Positions 64,000 to 64,000 of a stretch of DNA of 64,000 nucleotides are shown here, one piece after another. This DNA comes from Lama glama (taxonomy: Eukaryota). Made by a program: the position numbers and the translations under genes. The notes under the pieces were generated by a model. That model made no database searches. It saw only the letters and a program-made list of their open reading frames with translations, and was not told the origin of the DNA. The stretch is from the NCBI GenBank assembly GCA_028534125.1, contig CM052847.1:22816001-22880000 (forward strand), read 5' to 3'. Every line of letters begins with the position of its first letter. The stretch's first letter is position 1.

Positions 64000-64000
64000 G

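Larger units (their letters stand above)
1..64000 (+). other. ADARB2: ADARB2 (ADAR3) gene body, partial: end of the long intron before the deaminase domain through the intron after exon 8
   Basis: Five in-frame spliced exons encode an ADAR deaminase domain with ADAR3-diagnostic residues (RHKALAG, HLYVST, LLGEQL, MSCTDK, QGALL), not the ADAR2 versions (RRKVLAG, HLYIST, LQGERL, MSCSDK, QGSLL). The dsRBD exons and the final exons lie outside the window. Confidence 0.95.

Overview
Mammalian genomic DNA: a GC- and CpG-rich draft assembly with three N gaps. It lies entirely inside ADARB2 (ADAR3/RED2, the brain-restricted, editing-deficient adenosine deaminase), transcribed on the + strand. Five coding exons of the deaminase domain are present: 28556-28670, 41996-42164, 44664-44815, 50374-50542 and 60054-60235 (115/169/152/169/182 nt). 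All have AG/GT boundaries and splice in frame, and they correspond to exons 4-8 of the human gene as I recall it. The rest is intron, with LINE-1 fragments (two with target-site duplications), MLT1/MLT2 LTRs, a probable solo LTR, MIRs, a 62-bp VNTR and simple repeats. The L1 3' ends are cetartiodactyl-type and no young SINEs are visible, which suggests a camelid (inference). Almost all ORFs in the supplied track are GC-rich noise. I do not see a convincing new biological system. The best leads are a promoter-like CpG island over the first deaminase exon, an antisense LTR promoter next to exon 6, strong AT-to-GC drift in repeats and exons, and a possible fossil pogo-type transposase.
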